Shown: positions 41,795 through 50,235 of the stretch, in pieces
How the letters are laid out: the number at the start of each line of letters is the position of its first letter
Position numbering within the stretch: position 1 is the first letter of the stretch
The notes under the pieces: generated by a model
What the model was told of the DNA's origin: nothing
The model's input: only the letters and a program-made list of their open reading frames with translations
Databases searched by the model: none
Translations under genes and position numbers: made by a program
From: Candidatus Babelota bacterium
GTDB lineage: Bacteria; Babelota; Babeliae; Babelales; RVW-14
DNA length: 64,000 nucleotides
Direction of reading: 5' to 3'
NCBI GenBank assembly: GCA_018266175.1
Contig: JAFEAY010000003.1
Span: 168,642-232,641, forward strand

Positions 41795-41823
41795 TTGATT
41801 TTGTATCATAAATTTGGTACAAT
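41795..41823 (+). promoter_or_regulatory. Sigma70-type promoter of the Gp49/HigB-like TA cassette
   Basis: TTGATT (41795-41800), 17-nt spacer, TACAAT (41818-41823). Preceded by an 18-bp tandem duplication gcgctcctatttggcaaa x2 (41756-41791). Confidence 0.6.
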
Positions 41824-41852
41824 TAGAGAAAATAGAATGCATAAGGAGCTGT

Positions 41853-42236
41853 ATGAAAGCGCAATTCATTGCTTATAAAGGTAAAGAATTTACCGTTGAG
41901 TGGTATTTTAATAGTCAAGGTAAAAGTAGTTCACTTAAATATTTTATTGAATTGCCTGAAGAGCAGAAAGATAAAACTTTTTACTTAATTCAAACATTAG
42001 CTGACGTTGGAAAAATCATCAATAAAGAAAAATTCAATTATGAAGGCAATCAAATTTTTGCGATCAAGCCTTCCTCCAATAGATTTTTATGCTTCTTTTT
42101 TGAGGGCTCTAAAATCATCATCACGAATGCATATAAAAAACAAACACAAAAAATGCCTCCCAGGGAAAAAGAACGCGCTTTAAAATCAAAAGATGACTAT
42201 ATCAAACGACAGAGAGAAGGAGTTTACTATGACTAA
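41853..42236 (+). CDS. Type II toxin, Gp49/HigB-like (RelE/ParE superfamily)
   Basis: Start at the ATG at 41853 (AAGGAG upstream). Collinear with the ORF at 49629-49991 (FIAYKGKEFTVEWYF..., NKEKFNYEGNQIFAIKP..RFLCFFFEGSKIIITNAYKKQTQKMPPREKERA). An XRE gene follows with an 8-nt overlap. Confidence 0.7.
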   Translation: MKAQFIAYKGKEFTVEWYFNSQGKSSSLKYFIELPEEQKDKTFYLIQTLADVGKIINKEKFNYEGNQIFAIKPSSNRFLCFFFEGSKIIITNAYKKQTQKMPPREKERALKSKDDYIKRQREGVYYD

Positions 42237-42561
42237 AAAGAACAACGAAAAAACAACCTTTGAAGAATTCATGGATGCAAAAACACCAAATCAAAAAAAA
42301 GATTATGCGGACGGATATCGCAACTTCTTACTTTCAGAACTCATTTTGGCAGCCATGGAAGAAGATCACGTTTCAGTAAGAAAGCTTGCAAAAATTGCTG
42401 ATGTATCACCAACTATTGTTCAAGATATGAAATCAGGAAACAAAGTAAGTTTCAATACAAAAAGCTTATTCAAGATTCTTACGGTCCTGGGATATGATAT
42501 TTTGCTTGAACGCAATGGGACAACTACCTCATTAGGGCTCACGCAAAGTATAAGAAAATAA
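42229..42561 (+). CDS. XRE-family HTH antitoxin (HigA-like)
   Basis: Start at the ATG at 42229 (AAGGAG upstream). HTH VSVRKLAKIADVSPTIVQDMKSG. Paralogue of 49289-49615. Confidence 0.7.
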   Translation: MTKKNNEKTTFEEFMDAKTPNQKKDYADGYRNFLLSELILAAMEEDHVSVRKLAKIADVSPTIVQDMKSGNKVSFNTKSLFKILTVLGYDILLERNGTTTSLGLTQSIRK

Positions 42562-42575
42562 AGTTTTAACTCAAG

Positions 42576-42615
42576 TATTCAAAAGGGTCGGCAGCAATGT
42601 CGGCCCTTTTGAATA
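42576..42615 (+). terminator. Copy 2 of the duplicated terminator, downstream of the TA cassette
   Basis: tattcaaaagggtcggcagcaatgtcggcccttttgaata differs from copy 1 by one A in the A-run over the shared 34 nt. Confidence 0.6.
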
Positions 42616-42691
42616 CTTGCCTGGAAAAAGGGCTTATAAAAAACAATCAAATATCATTTGAGTGAGACACGTAAATCACACGAATTCATTT

Positions 42692-42763
42692 CCCCATCTC
42701 GCAGGGGAGCTTCCAGCCTTCGCGTGAAGCTTCCCTGCGAGATGGCTGACCTGTCGCTTTAAA
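42692..42763. repeat. GC-rich palindromic element (20-bp stem) with cctgtcgctttaa module
   Basis: ccatctcgcaggggagcttc (42694-42713) pairs with gaagcttccctgcgagatgg (42726-42745) with one mismatch. The following cctgtcgctttaa recurs in the mosaic repeats at 50.2 and 59.3 kb. Confidence 0.6.
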
Positions 42764-42949
42764 TTGATAACAACACTGGTACTTTTATTTGCAACACCTT
42801 CATTGAAAACGGCTTTCCACCTTGCTTTTTATTGTGGAAGCAAAGCAGAGAAAAAAATGCTTCATGATTTACAAAAAATTTTGCTAGGATGGAAAAGCGT
42901 AAAAGTTATCGTTCATTTTCAACAAGACATCATAAAAGGGAGAAATCTT

Positions 42950-43588
42950 ATGTTGAAAAAAAATCAAATCATATCGTTACTTTTGGTAACAGCACTTGTC
43001 AGTGGTTCTTGCTTCACCATCTCAGCAGCAGATGATACAGCAGCTCCAGCAGCAGCTCACGATCACGATCACAAAAAAGGCGAAAGTTGCCCGCTGAAAA
43101 AAGGTAAACCAGCATGTCCGCTTGCCAAAAAAGCTGCTGAAAAGAAAGTTGTATCAAAAAACCCATCATGGAAAGATCGCTTTTTTGGCAACAAAGAGAC
43201 CAAGCGCGATCCTGCAACAAAACCAACTCCTCGCGCACGCAAAGCAAAAGCACCATCAAAGAGCTGGTGGTCTTTTTGGGGTGAAGGAAAAGAAGGCAAA
43301 GCTGCTGCAACCAAAGAAAATCGTACACTCAAAGGACAAAAAGCTCGCCGCGCTATGAAGCAAGCTGGTAAAAAAAGTAAACCAGGTAAAGCACGCAAAT
43401 CCGGTAAAAAAGGCAAAGCTGGTAAAAAAGCTGGTAAGTCACGCAAAGCTGGTAAAAAAGGCAAATCACGCAAGTCACGTAAATCACGTAAATCACGCAA
43501 AGCTGGTAAAAAAGGCAAAGCGGGCAAAAAAGACAAGAAAAACAAAAAGAATAAAAAAGAACAATCAGACGTTATTGTTGTAAAATAA
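42950..43588 (+). CDS. Exported protein with polybasic (KSR/KAGKKG-repeat) tail
   Basis: Start at the ATG at 42950 (AGGGAG upstream; the track ORF begins 186 nt earlier). Signal peptide IISLLLVTALVSGSCFTISA, a HDHDHKKGESCPLKKGKPACP patch, then KSGKKGKAGKKAGKSRKAGKKGKSRKSRKSRKSRKAGKKGKAGKKDKKNKKNKK. Confidence 0.65.
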   Translation: MLKKNQIISLLLVTALVSGSCFTISAADDTAAPAAAHDHDHKKGESCPLKKGKPACPLAKKAAEKKVVSKNPSWKDRFFGNKETKRDPATKPTPRARKAKAPSKSWWSFWGEGKEGKAAATKENRTLKGQKARRAMKQAGKKSKPGKARKSGKKGKAGKKAGKSRKAGKKGKSRKSRKSRKSRKAGKKGKAGKKDKKNKKNKKEQSDVIVVK

Positions 43589-43619
43589 CTCACCTGATAC
43601 ATTTACGCTGCATTATAAA

Positions 43620-43656
43620 AAACCCCGCAAGCATCATAAGCTGCGGGGTTTTTTCT
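43620..43656 (+). terminator. Rho-independent terminator
   Basis: aaaccccgca-agcatcataagc-tgcggggtt followed by ttttctc. Confidence 0.75.
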
Positions 43657-43752
43657 CAAAAGCTTGATCTGACAACAATCGCCGAACAAGCTAAAAGGCA
43701 TGAAGCTTTACACAATGTAGTGTTACGTGATTTTTAGGATAGGAGAAGAAAG

Positions 43753-45159
43753 ATGAAAAAGAGCCCTTGGATAGTCCAAGCACTGCTAATCGTTGCACTC
43801 ACCACACCGATGCTAAACGCATCAAACGATTCTCATAGCAAAAAAACATTTTTATCAACTCGCCCATCAGGCGTTAACTTGCCACTTGAATACACCATCT
43901 GGCATGACCATGTCTACCGCAAAAAAGCAAAAACCAACCACACCAGCCTGCAATTTGCCGGCTTTTATCAAGAGTCAAACAAAGGCGAAGGCCAAGGAAA
44001 ATATTTTGGTATTGGCAACGGAACGAATAAATTTACGATTGGACCAGCCGGTGCCGGTATAGATCTTGATAAAAGGTTTCTTGTACATGGCGCAAAAAAT
44101 CTTGCAGGAACCGTATCGCTCACACCAAAAGTAGAAAGTTTTGGCTGCTTGGTACAACTGTTCCAAGACTTTGACTTACCATTTGGTTCTATTTTTATCA
44201 CGGCAAGCCTACCGTTTGCACATGTCAGTCGCAACATGGATCTTCAAGTTGCTAACGGAAGCACCGACTTTTCAGTTGAAGACTTCTTTGCTGGGCGCGT
44301 TGAGCAAACCGCAGCTGCAGACTTGCAAGCGGCACTTACGCACGCCAAAATCGACGGACGCCGCAGCGCCACCGGCCTTGCTGACGCCGACCTTCAAGTT
44401 GGTTTTCGGGTGGTCGACAAAGCAGCGCACCACGTTTACCTCAACATCGGCCTCACCATCCCTGCGGGCAACCGTGTACGCGGCGAATATCTCTTTGAGC
44501 CCGTTTACGGCAACGGCAGCCACACCGCGCTGGGCTTTGGCCTTGATGCAGGCGTTGATGCATGGAAAAATGATCACGCAAAACTGCGTGCACTTTTTGC
44601 AGCTGACTACCGCTATCTCTTTGAAGGAACCGAGCACCGCACTGTGGGCATCAAAGGCAAACCGCTCAACCACTACTTTTTGGCAGCACACTTGGGCCAA
44701 AAAGACAAAGCTCTCTTCCCAGCTGCAAATGAGCTGACACAAGCACTGCGCATCAAGCCAGGTTCACAGATGGAAATGATGGCGATGCTCAGCTTTTTGA
44801 GCAGCCGCTTTGTCATTGATGCGGGGTACAATTTGTTCTGGAAAGATCAAGAGTCGGCGTGGGTTAAGCGCTGGAAAGATAACGACTTCTATATCGCAAA
44901 GACTACTTACAATACAAACGCTATAAATGCATTTGCAGCAACAGATGGCACTGTTGTCAACCTGGTCGACCTTGACATCGACGCGGTCAAAACGCCGTCA
45001 CTCTTCACCCACAAGCTGTTCGCCGGCTTGGGGTACACCTGCATGGTCACCCGCACCTTTCCATTAAGCCTTGGCTTTGGTGCTGACTACGAATTTGCAG
45101 TGACCAATGCTGACATAGAACAATGGGGTGTCTGGTTTAAACTTGCTGGATCATTCTAA
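43753..45159 (+). CDS. Outer-membrane beta-barrel protein, paralogue 2
   Basis: Signal peptide ALLIVALTTPMLNA, KKTFLSTRPSGVNLPLEY, YGNGSHTALGFGLDAG, AGYNLFWKD, C-terminal FKLAGSF. Confidence 0.65.
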   Translation: MKKSPWIVQALLIVALTTPMLNASNDSHSKKTFLSTRPSGVNLPLEYTIWHDHVYRKKAKTNHTSLQFAGFYQESNKGEGQGKYFGIGNGTNKFTIGPAGAGIDLDKRFLVHGAKNLAGTVSLTPKVESFGCLVQLFQDFDLPFGSIFITASLPFAHVSRNMDLQVANGSTDFSVEDFFAGRVEQTAAADLQAALTHAKIDGRRSATGLADADLQVGFRVVDKAAHHVYLNIGLTIPAGNRVRGEYLFEPVYGNGSHTALGFGLDAGVDAWKNDHAKLRALFAADYRYLFEGTEHRTVGIKGKPLNHYFLAAHLGQKDKALFPAANELTQALRIKPGSQMEMMAMLSFLSSRFVIDAGYNLFWKDQESAWVKRWKDNDFYIAKTTYNTNAINAFAATDGTVVNLVDLDIDAVKTPSLFTHKLFAGLGYTCMVTRTFPLSLGFGADYEFAVTNADIEQWGVWFKLAGSF

Positions 45160-45172
45160 AGCTCATAAGATA

Positions 45173-45271
45173 GATCCCCGACTTCAGCCGTCGCTCAAGC
45201 TATGACCGACAGGCGGCCCGCTGTGGCTCCCTGCCTCGTCGCAGCCTTGGCGTAGACGGGTCGAGGATGAC
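45173..45271. repeat. GC-rich mosaic element (GATCCCCGAC...CGAGGATGAC)
   Basis: The ends are identical to the right half of the 16.3-kb element. The interior carries the agctatg(a/g)c and ggcggcccgc modules shared with 50.3 and 59.4 kb. A separate terminator hairpin follows at about 45284-45312. Confidence 0.6.
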
Positions 45272-45378
45272 AACATAAATCATCAAAATCCTCGCCCGTG
45301 CGGGGATTTTTTTATTTATGCTATACTTGTCAGTATAAAAAAATATCGTTTCACCTCTTTCCCGAAAGAGTGCAAAAC

Positions 45379-47070
45379 ATGAAAATGCTTCCAATCGGTT
45401 TTAGTGATTATAAAGAACTCATTGATGGAAACTTTTATTACGTTGATAAAACATTATTGATCGATGAGCTCTACCACAGAGGTGGCAAGGTCACCCTGGT
45501 CCCTCGACCTCGACGATTTGGCAAAACATTAAATCTTTCAATGCTCAAATATTTTTTTGAAAAAACGGCAAGATCAAACGCCTATCTTTTTGAAGATAAA
45601 AAAATCTGGGGCATTCCCAAGATGGTCCAATTGCAGGGGAAATTTCCTATTATTTTTGTCACGTTTAAAGACATCAAAGAGAGTACCTGGGACGTAAGCA
45701 GAAGCAAGCTTGTTGGAATAATTTCACAAGAATATGCTCGACACAGCTACTTGCTTGATTCAGATCTGCTGAGCGATCACGAAAAAGATATTTTCAAAAA
45801 CATTTGTACAAAAACCGCAACGACCGCAGAGTACCACAATAGCCTTTTAAATCTTTCTCAATTTTTAGAACGCTACCATCAGGCAAAAACGATTGTTTTG
45901 ATTGATGAATACGATTCTCCCATTCACGCAGGATATCTCAACAATTATTATTCGGAGATTATTGAATTTACCAGAGGATTGCTGTGCGCCGTACTCAAAG
46001 ATAACTCCAGTCTTGAACGAGGCGTTGTGACCGGCATTTTGCGCACCGCCAAAGAGGGGATCTTTTCGGGGCTCAATAACCTCAAAATTTTCACGCTTTT
46101 AGATGAACAATTAGCCGATAAATTTGGATTTACAGAAAAAGAGATTGAACAACTACTTCACAATTACAACCTTGAGTCGATTGCGCCAGAATTTAAATCT
46201 TGGTATAACGGATACTTGATTGGAAAAACGAAAATCTATAACCCCTGGTCGGCCCTTAATTGTGCGGATAGATCAGGTGACCTCATTCCCTACTGGGCAA
46301 ACACCAGTGACAATGGGCTCATTAAAAAAATCATTGCAACTTCCACAACCGATATTCAAGATTCCTGCGCTGAGCTTCTACACGGCAACGCCGTTCCAAA
46401 TATCGAAATTAACGACAAAATGGTGCTTCCTGGAATGATTAATGACTCAGATTCAATCTGGTCACTCCTTCTTTTTAGCGGGTATATCACCATCAATCAA
46501 TGCGTTCTGAATGCAAAAGGGAAGTTCATCTGCTCGTTGGTATTGCCAAACAGAGAACTCAATTCACTCTTTGATGATCTGGTTACTGCACTCTTCAAAG
46601 AAGGCTTGGAGCATAAAAATATTATCGCCCTTGGGCATGCACTGCGTGACGCTGATGGTGAGCTTTTTAGCATACTGCTTTCAAAATTTATGATACAGAG
46701 CATCAGCTGCCATGATCTGCATGACACTGAGCCGGAAAAGAGCTATCATCTTTTTGTTCTTGGTATGCTTGTTGTCTACTCAGAAAGCTATACCGTCCGA
46801 TCGAATCGGGAAAGCGGCTATGGTCGATTTGATATCATGCTCATCCCGCATGACAAAAATCGACCAGGAATTGTCATAGAGTTCAAGAAAAAAGACGATA
46901 AGGAAACCATGGACCAGTGTGCTAATCGTGCACTCAAGCAAATTAAAGAAAAACACTATGCAACAGAATTGCGCAGCCAAGGAATCGACAAGATCGCCTT
47001 TTTTGGTATCGCCTGTCACAACAAAGAGGTCCTCCTCAAGCAGGAAAACGAGGACAAAGAGCACGCTTAA
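45379..47070 (+). CDS. AAA-ATPase-like domain protein with C-terminal PD-(D/E)XK nuclease domain
   Basis: Start at the ATG at 45379. N-terminal signature LPIGFSDYKELIDGNFYYVDKTLLIDEL...LVPRPRRFGKTLNLSMLKYFF. C-terminal ESGYGRFDIMLIP...GIVIEFKKK (E, D, ExK). Confidence 0.75.
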   Translation: MKMLPIGFSDYKELIDGNFYYVDKTLLIDELYHRGGKVTLVPRPRRFGKTLNLSMLKYFFEKTARSNAYLFEDKKIWGIPKMVQLQGKFPIIFVTFKDIKESTWDVSRSKLVGIISQEYARHSYLLDSDLLSDHEKDIFKNICTKTATTAEYHNSLLNLSQFLERYHQAKTIVLIDEYDSPIHAGYLNNYYSEIIEFTRGLLCAVLKDNSSLERGVVTGILRTAKEGIFSGLNNLKIFTLLDEQLADKFGFTEKEIEQLLHNYNLESIAPEFKSWYNGYLIGKTKIYNPWSALNCADRSGDLIPYWANTSDNGLIKKIIATSTTDIQDSCAELLHGNAVPNIEINDKMVLPGMINDSDSIWSLLLFSGYITINQCVLNAKGKFICSLVLPNRELNSLFDDLVTALFKEGLEHKNIIALGHALRDADGELFSILLSKFMIQSISCHDLHDTEPEKSYHLFVLGMLVVYSESYTVRSNRESGYGRFDIMLIPHDKNRPGIVIEFKKKDDKETMDQCANRALKQIKEKHYATELRSQGIDKIAFFGIACHNKEVLLKQENEDKEHA

Positions 47071-47185
47071 AAGTAACGTTGCTGGTTAACTTCAACTCAA
47101 AATACAATTTTTGCGATCACCAAAATATGCTATACTTAGCCCAACGTATATAACACACCCCCTAACAACCTGCTAGGAGTGCTCA

Positions 47186-48097
47186 ATGGTATTTCTTGAC
47201 CCCCGCAACGATGTTGCATTCAAAAAAATATTCGGATCAGAAGATCACAAAAATATCACCATCTCATTTCTCAACTCCATCTTAGAATACACGGGCGATC
47301 GAGCAATTAAAAGCATCACCTTCATGAACACCGAACAGCTTGAAATTGTTCGCCTCAAAAAAGAGAACGTCCTTGATATCATGTGTGTTGACCATGCCGG
47401 CAGCCAATTCATTGTCGAGATGCAGGTTGAAAACGTTAAAGAGTTTGGCAAACGCATGGTCTATTACGGCGCAAAAACCTACACCATTCAGCTCAGCAAG
47501 GGTAAACCTTACTACAAACTCACCCCCGTTATTGTGATAGCAATCACCAACTTCATCATGTTCCCAGACAAAAAAGATTACAAATCAATCCATCACCTTG
47601 CAGATACCAAAACAGGTGAAAACGACCTCAAAGAGCTGTACTTTGCTTTTGTCGAACTCCCTAAATTTAAGAAAAAAGAATCTGAGCTTAAATCTGCCGA
47701 AGATAAATGGATCTATTTTATCAAGACGATGAAAAAGCAAACCGAAATTCCAGCCCCTCTTGCCCGAGGTGAATTTGAAGATGCGTGCCATATGGCACAG
47801 CGTGCCGCTTGGTCTGAAGATGAACTCAACGCTTATGATGATGCATTTGTCAAAGCAACCGATGCTCAAACATCTGCAGAACTGGCTGAAGAAAAAGGAC
47901 TAGAACGCGGTCTTAAAAAAGGCTTAGAACAGGGCTTAGAACAGGGCTTAGAACAGGGCTTAGAACAGGGCTTAGAACAGGGCAAAGCTAAAACCCAACG
48001 CGAAATGGCTCGAAAGTTACTTTCCAAAATGAGCATTGCTGATATTTCAGAACTTACCGGCTTATCAATTGAAGAAATTGAGGCGCTCAAAGATTAA
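47186..48097 (+). CDS. Rpn/YhgA-like PD-(D/E)XK recombination-promoting nuclease / putative transposase
   Basis: N-terminal LDPRNDVAFKKIFGSEDHKNITISFLNSIL. Nuclease core LDIMCVDHAGSQFIVEMQV. C-terminal (GLEQ)5 repeat. Confidence 0.75.
   Translation: MVFLDPRNDVAFKKIFGSEDHKNITISFLNSILEYTGDRAIKSITFMNTEQLEIVRLKKENVLDIMCVDHAGSQFIVEMQVENVKEFGKRMVYYGAKTYTIQLSKGKPYYKLTPVIVIAITNFIMFPDKKDYKSIHHLADTKTGENDLKELYFAFVELPKFKKKESELKSAEDKWIYFIKTMKKQTEIPAPLARGEFEDACHMAQRAAWSEDELNAYDDAFVKATDAQTSAELAEEKGLERGLKKGLEQGLEQGLEQGLEQGLEQGKAKTQREMARKLLSKMSIADISELTGLSIEEIEALKD
47921..47980 (+). repeat. 12-bp tandem repeat x5 (ggcttagaacag) encoding (GLEQ)5
   Basis: Read directly. Preceded by two degenerate units (GLER, GLKK). 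Confidence 0.95.
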
Positions 48098-48125
48098 TTT
48101 TTATACTAAAAACCGGGTGTTCTTC

Positions 48126-48156
48126 AAAAAGTAGCACAGCTTGTGCTACTTTTTCA
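48126..48156 (+). terminator. Rho-independent terminator
   Basis: aaaaagtagcac-agcttg-tgctactttttc. Confidence 0.7.
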
Positions 48157-48207
48157 TAAGCAAGAAAATTAGATTACGAAGTAGGATAACAGATCCTCAA
48201 TTTCCCC

Positions 48208-48269
48208 TTCACACTACTCCTCTCAAACCATTTTTGCAAAATACTTGATCTGCCTGCTCTGCTTGCATA
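48208..48269. repeat. Cassette-bracketing repeat R1 (44-nt core at 48226-48269)
   Basis: ttcacactactcctctcaAACCATTTTTGCAAAATACTTGATCTGCCTGCTCTGCTTGCATA. The core differs at no more than 2 positions from R2 and R3. Confidence 0.85.
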
Positions 48270-48280
48270 AATGAGCAAAT

Positions 48281-48708
48281 CTATCGAGTAAGCTGCAATG
48301 TGTGCTGAAGCTGCTCAAGAAACATAACGCTTTTTGTACGACCAATTTTTTTAAGATCTTCTTGTGCACCAAATAGAGCCAACTTAAAATCAGCTGAATC
48401 TTTAATTACGGTTACAACATTCAAGATTTCTTGAACAAATTGCGACAGATGGTTTTTTATAATATCAAAAATATCTTCATAATTGAGTCCAAAATATTCA
48501 TGCGAAATAACATTTCTGAAGTCTACAACTTTCCTCCATTTTGGATTAACAAGATGTTGAAGCGTTGTTGATTTTAATAGACGGCCGTAAAAAGCAATTC
48601 ATCTGAAACAAAATTGATTGGGTCTGTGACATGAGCCATGTGTCGAGCAACAGCATCGCTTGCAACAAGTATATCAATAATAAAAAACTCAGCTTTGCGA
48701 TTAAGCAT
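48281..48708 (-). pseudogene. hepT: HEPN/DUF86 toxin (HepT-like), frameshifted
   Basis: ATG at 48708 overlaps the mntA stop by 8 nt. It translates MLNRKAEFFIIDILVASDAVARHMAHVTDPINFVSDELLFTAVY then TAA at 48576-48574. A second frame continues ...KWRKVVDFRNVISHEYFGLNYEDIFDII... (the RxxxxH HEPN motif) to the stop at 48283-48281. Confidence 0.7.
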
Positions 48709-49006
48709 AAATAAGATCCTTTTCAACATGATGCATGATGAAACTTCTTACTGAATCGAAATAACCAACATCAACCTTTTTGCCAAATCTTTGCTCTAAG
48801 AAATCACGCAGCTCAAGTCGCTTCTCAAAACTTTTATGTGGCATTTCAATAAGAAGATCAATATCACTATCTGGCCCTGCTTCGCCTCGTGCGTAAGAAC
48901 CAAAGAGAGCAATTTTTATAACGCCAAATTCTTTTTCAAGTAAGCTCTTATTGCCTTTGAGAAATTGGATAATAATCTCTTTGTCACAACCTTGTTCTTG
49001 TATCAT
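48701..49006 (-). CDS. mntA: Minimal nucleotidyltransferase (MntA-like antitoxin)
   Basis: ALFGSYARGEAGPDSDIDLLIE (GS...DxD of the NTP_transf_2 fold), 101 aa. Confidence 0.8.
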   Translation of the reverse strand: MIQEQGCDKEIIIQFLKGNKSLLEKEFGVIKIALFGSYARGEAGPDSDIDLLIEMPHKSFEKRLELRDFLEQRFGKKVDVGYFDSVRSFIMHHVEKDLIYA

Positions 49007-49103
49007 TTTTCATCCTCCAAAAAGTTTTTTACAACACCAGTTTCAGCTTACCATAACTTGGGGCAAGACAAAGTAGCCTCTCTTTTTTCCTGTTTTTTGC
49101 TGA

Positions 49104-49185
49104 TTCACACTACCCCTCACAAACCATTTTTGCAAAATACTTGATCTGCCAGCTCTGTTTGCATAGGCTCAAAAGTAAACTTACA
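49104..49185. repeat. Cassette-bracketing repeat R2 (core 49122-49165)
   Basis: ttcacactacccctcacaAACCATTTTTGCAAAATACTTGATCTGCCAGCTCTGTTTGCATAggctcaaaagtaaacttaca. Confidence 0.85.
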
Positions 49186-49288
49186 AACTAGCTTCTATAC
49201 CGTTCATTATTTTTGTTGATGAGGTTGTTGTTTTCAACACAACTTGGTGCAATAGAGCAAAAAAATAAATTTTGAATAATTTGCTCAC

Positions 49289-49615
49289 TTATTTATAAAG
49301 GTGAGTCAAATCTAAAGAAATTTGATGTCCATTTCGCTCGATAAGAACCTTACACCCAAGGCCATTTAAAACTTTAAAGAAACTTCCCATATTGAAATCT
49401 TTGTTAATTCCTGAGCGCATGCCTTGGATAACCGTTGGTGATACCCCTGCAAGCTTTGCAAGCCTCCTTACGGAGATTTTATCTTCTTCCATCGCAGCAA
49501 GAATCATTTCTGACAACAAAAGATCTTTATATTCTTCGTCAAAAGCTTTTTTTTCTTTTGGACTTAATGATTCAATAAATGTATCGATCGTTGATTTTAT
49601 CTTTTTATTAGCCAT
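49289..49615 (-). CDS. XRE-family HTH antitoxin (HigA-like), paralogue 2
   Basis: Start at the ATG at 49615 (GGAGAC upstream). ISVRRLAKLAGVSPTVIQGMRSG. Collinear with 42229-42561. Confidence 0.7.
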   Translation of the reverse strand: MANKKIKSTIDTFIESLSPKEKKAFDEEYKDLLLSEMILAAMEEDKISVRRLAKLAGVSPTVIQGMRSGINKDFNMGSFFKVLNGLGCKVLIERNGHQISLDLTHLYK

Positions 49616-49628
49616 AAGAGTCTCCAAT

Positions 49629-49991
49629 TTAAAACCTTTTTTCATAATTTTCTTTTGCCTTTAAAGCTCGTTCTTTTTCTCTTGGTGGGATCTTTTTTGT
49701 TTTCTTTTCATATGCATTCGTAACAATTACCTTTGAACCATCAAAGAAAAAACATAAAAATCTATCTGGTTGTGGCTTCAAGGCATAAATCTGATCACCC
49801 TCGTAACAAAACTTTTCTTTGTTAAATATTTTTCCGCTATCACCAAGCAGTAAAAAGAGCTGCGCAACCTTCTTCTTCCTAGCTGGAGTAAGGCTTTCAA
49901 AATATTCAAGCGCTTCACTTTTTCCTCGGTCATCAGAGTACCATATCAACGTAAACTTTTTACCCAGATACGCCATGAATTTTTCTTTCAT
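49629..49991 (-). CDS. Type II toxin, Gp49/HigB-like, paralogue 2
   Basis: Start at the ATG at 49991 (GAGGAG upstream). FMAYLGKKFTLIWYSDDRGKS..., NKEKFCYEGDQIYALKPQPDRFLCFFFDGSKVIVTNAYEKKTKKIPPREKERA. Confidence 0.7.
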   Translation of the reverse strand: MKEKFMAYLGKKFTLIWYSDDRGKSEALEYFESLTPARKKKVAQLFLLLGDSGKIFNKEKFCYEGDQIYALKPQPDRFLCFFFDGSKVIVTNAYEKKTKKIPPREKERALKAKENYEKRF

Positions 49992-50162
49992 CGGCTCCTC
50001 AAGCAAACAGATGTGGGATGTTTAGAATCATAAATAAACGTACCACGATCATAATACATTGTCCATTAATTTAAGATAATCGCACAGCAAGACGACTCGG
50101 CTGCTTGACTCATAATACCGTCCTCTTCACCACCAATTCACCCTAACTCCTTTACGATCATC

Positions 50163-50226
50163 AACCATTTTTGCAAAATACTTGATCTGCCTGCTCTGTT
50201 TGCATACGCTCAAAAGTAAACTTACA
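50163..50226. repeat. Cassette-bracketing repeat R3 (core 50163-50206)
   Basis: AACCATTTTTGCAAAATACTTGATCTGCCTGCTCTGTTTGCATAcgctcaaaagtaaacttaca, with weaker similarity extending upstream to about 50126. Confidence 0.85.
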
Positions 50227-50235
50227 GGTTAGGCA

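Noticed and set aside
48208-50226. Possible CRISPR array, because of regularly spaced direct repeats R1-R3
   Set aside because: The spacing is about 0.9-1.0 kb, not about 30-40 bp. The intervening DNA encodes TA genes. There are only three copies and no cas genes.
48208-50226. Classical integron cassette array
   Set aside because: No IntI-type integrase or attI is present in the window. The only tyrosine recombinase (25129-26070) is a Xer-type enzyme 22 kb away. The repeats do not show the R''-L''/L'-R' attC organisation I know. I kept this only as a loose analogy in the findings.
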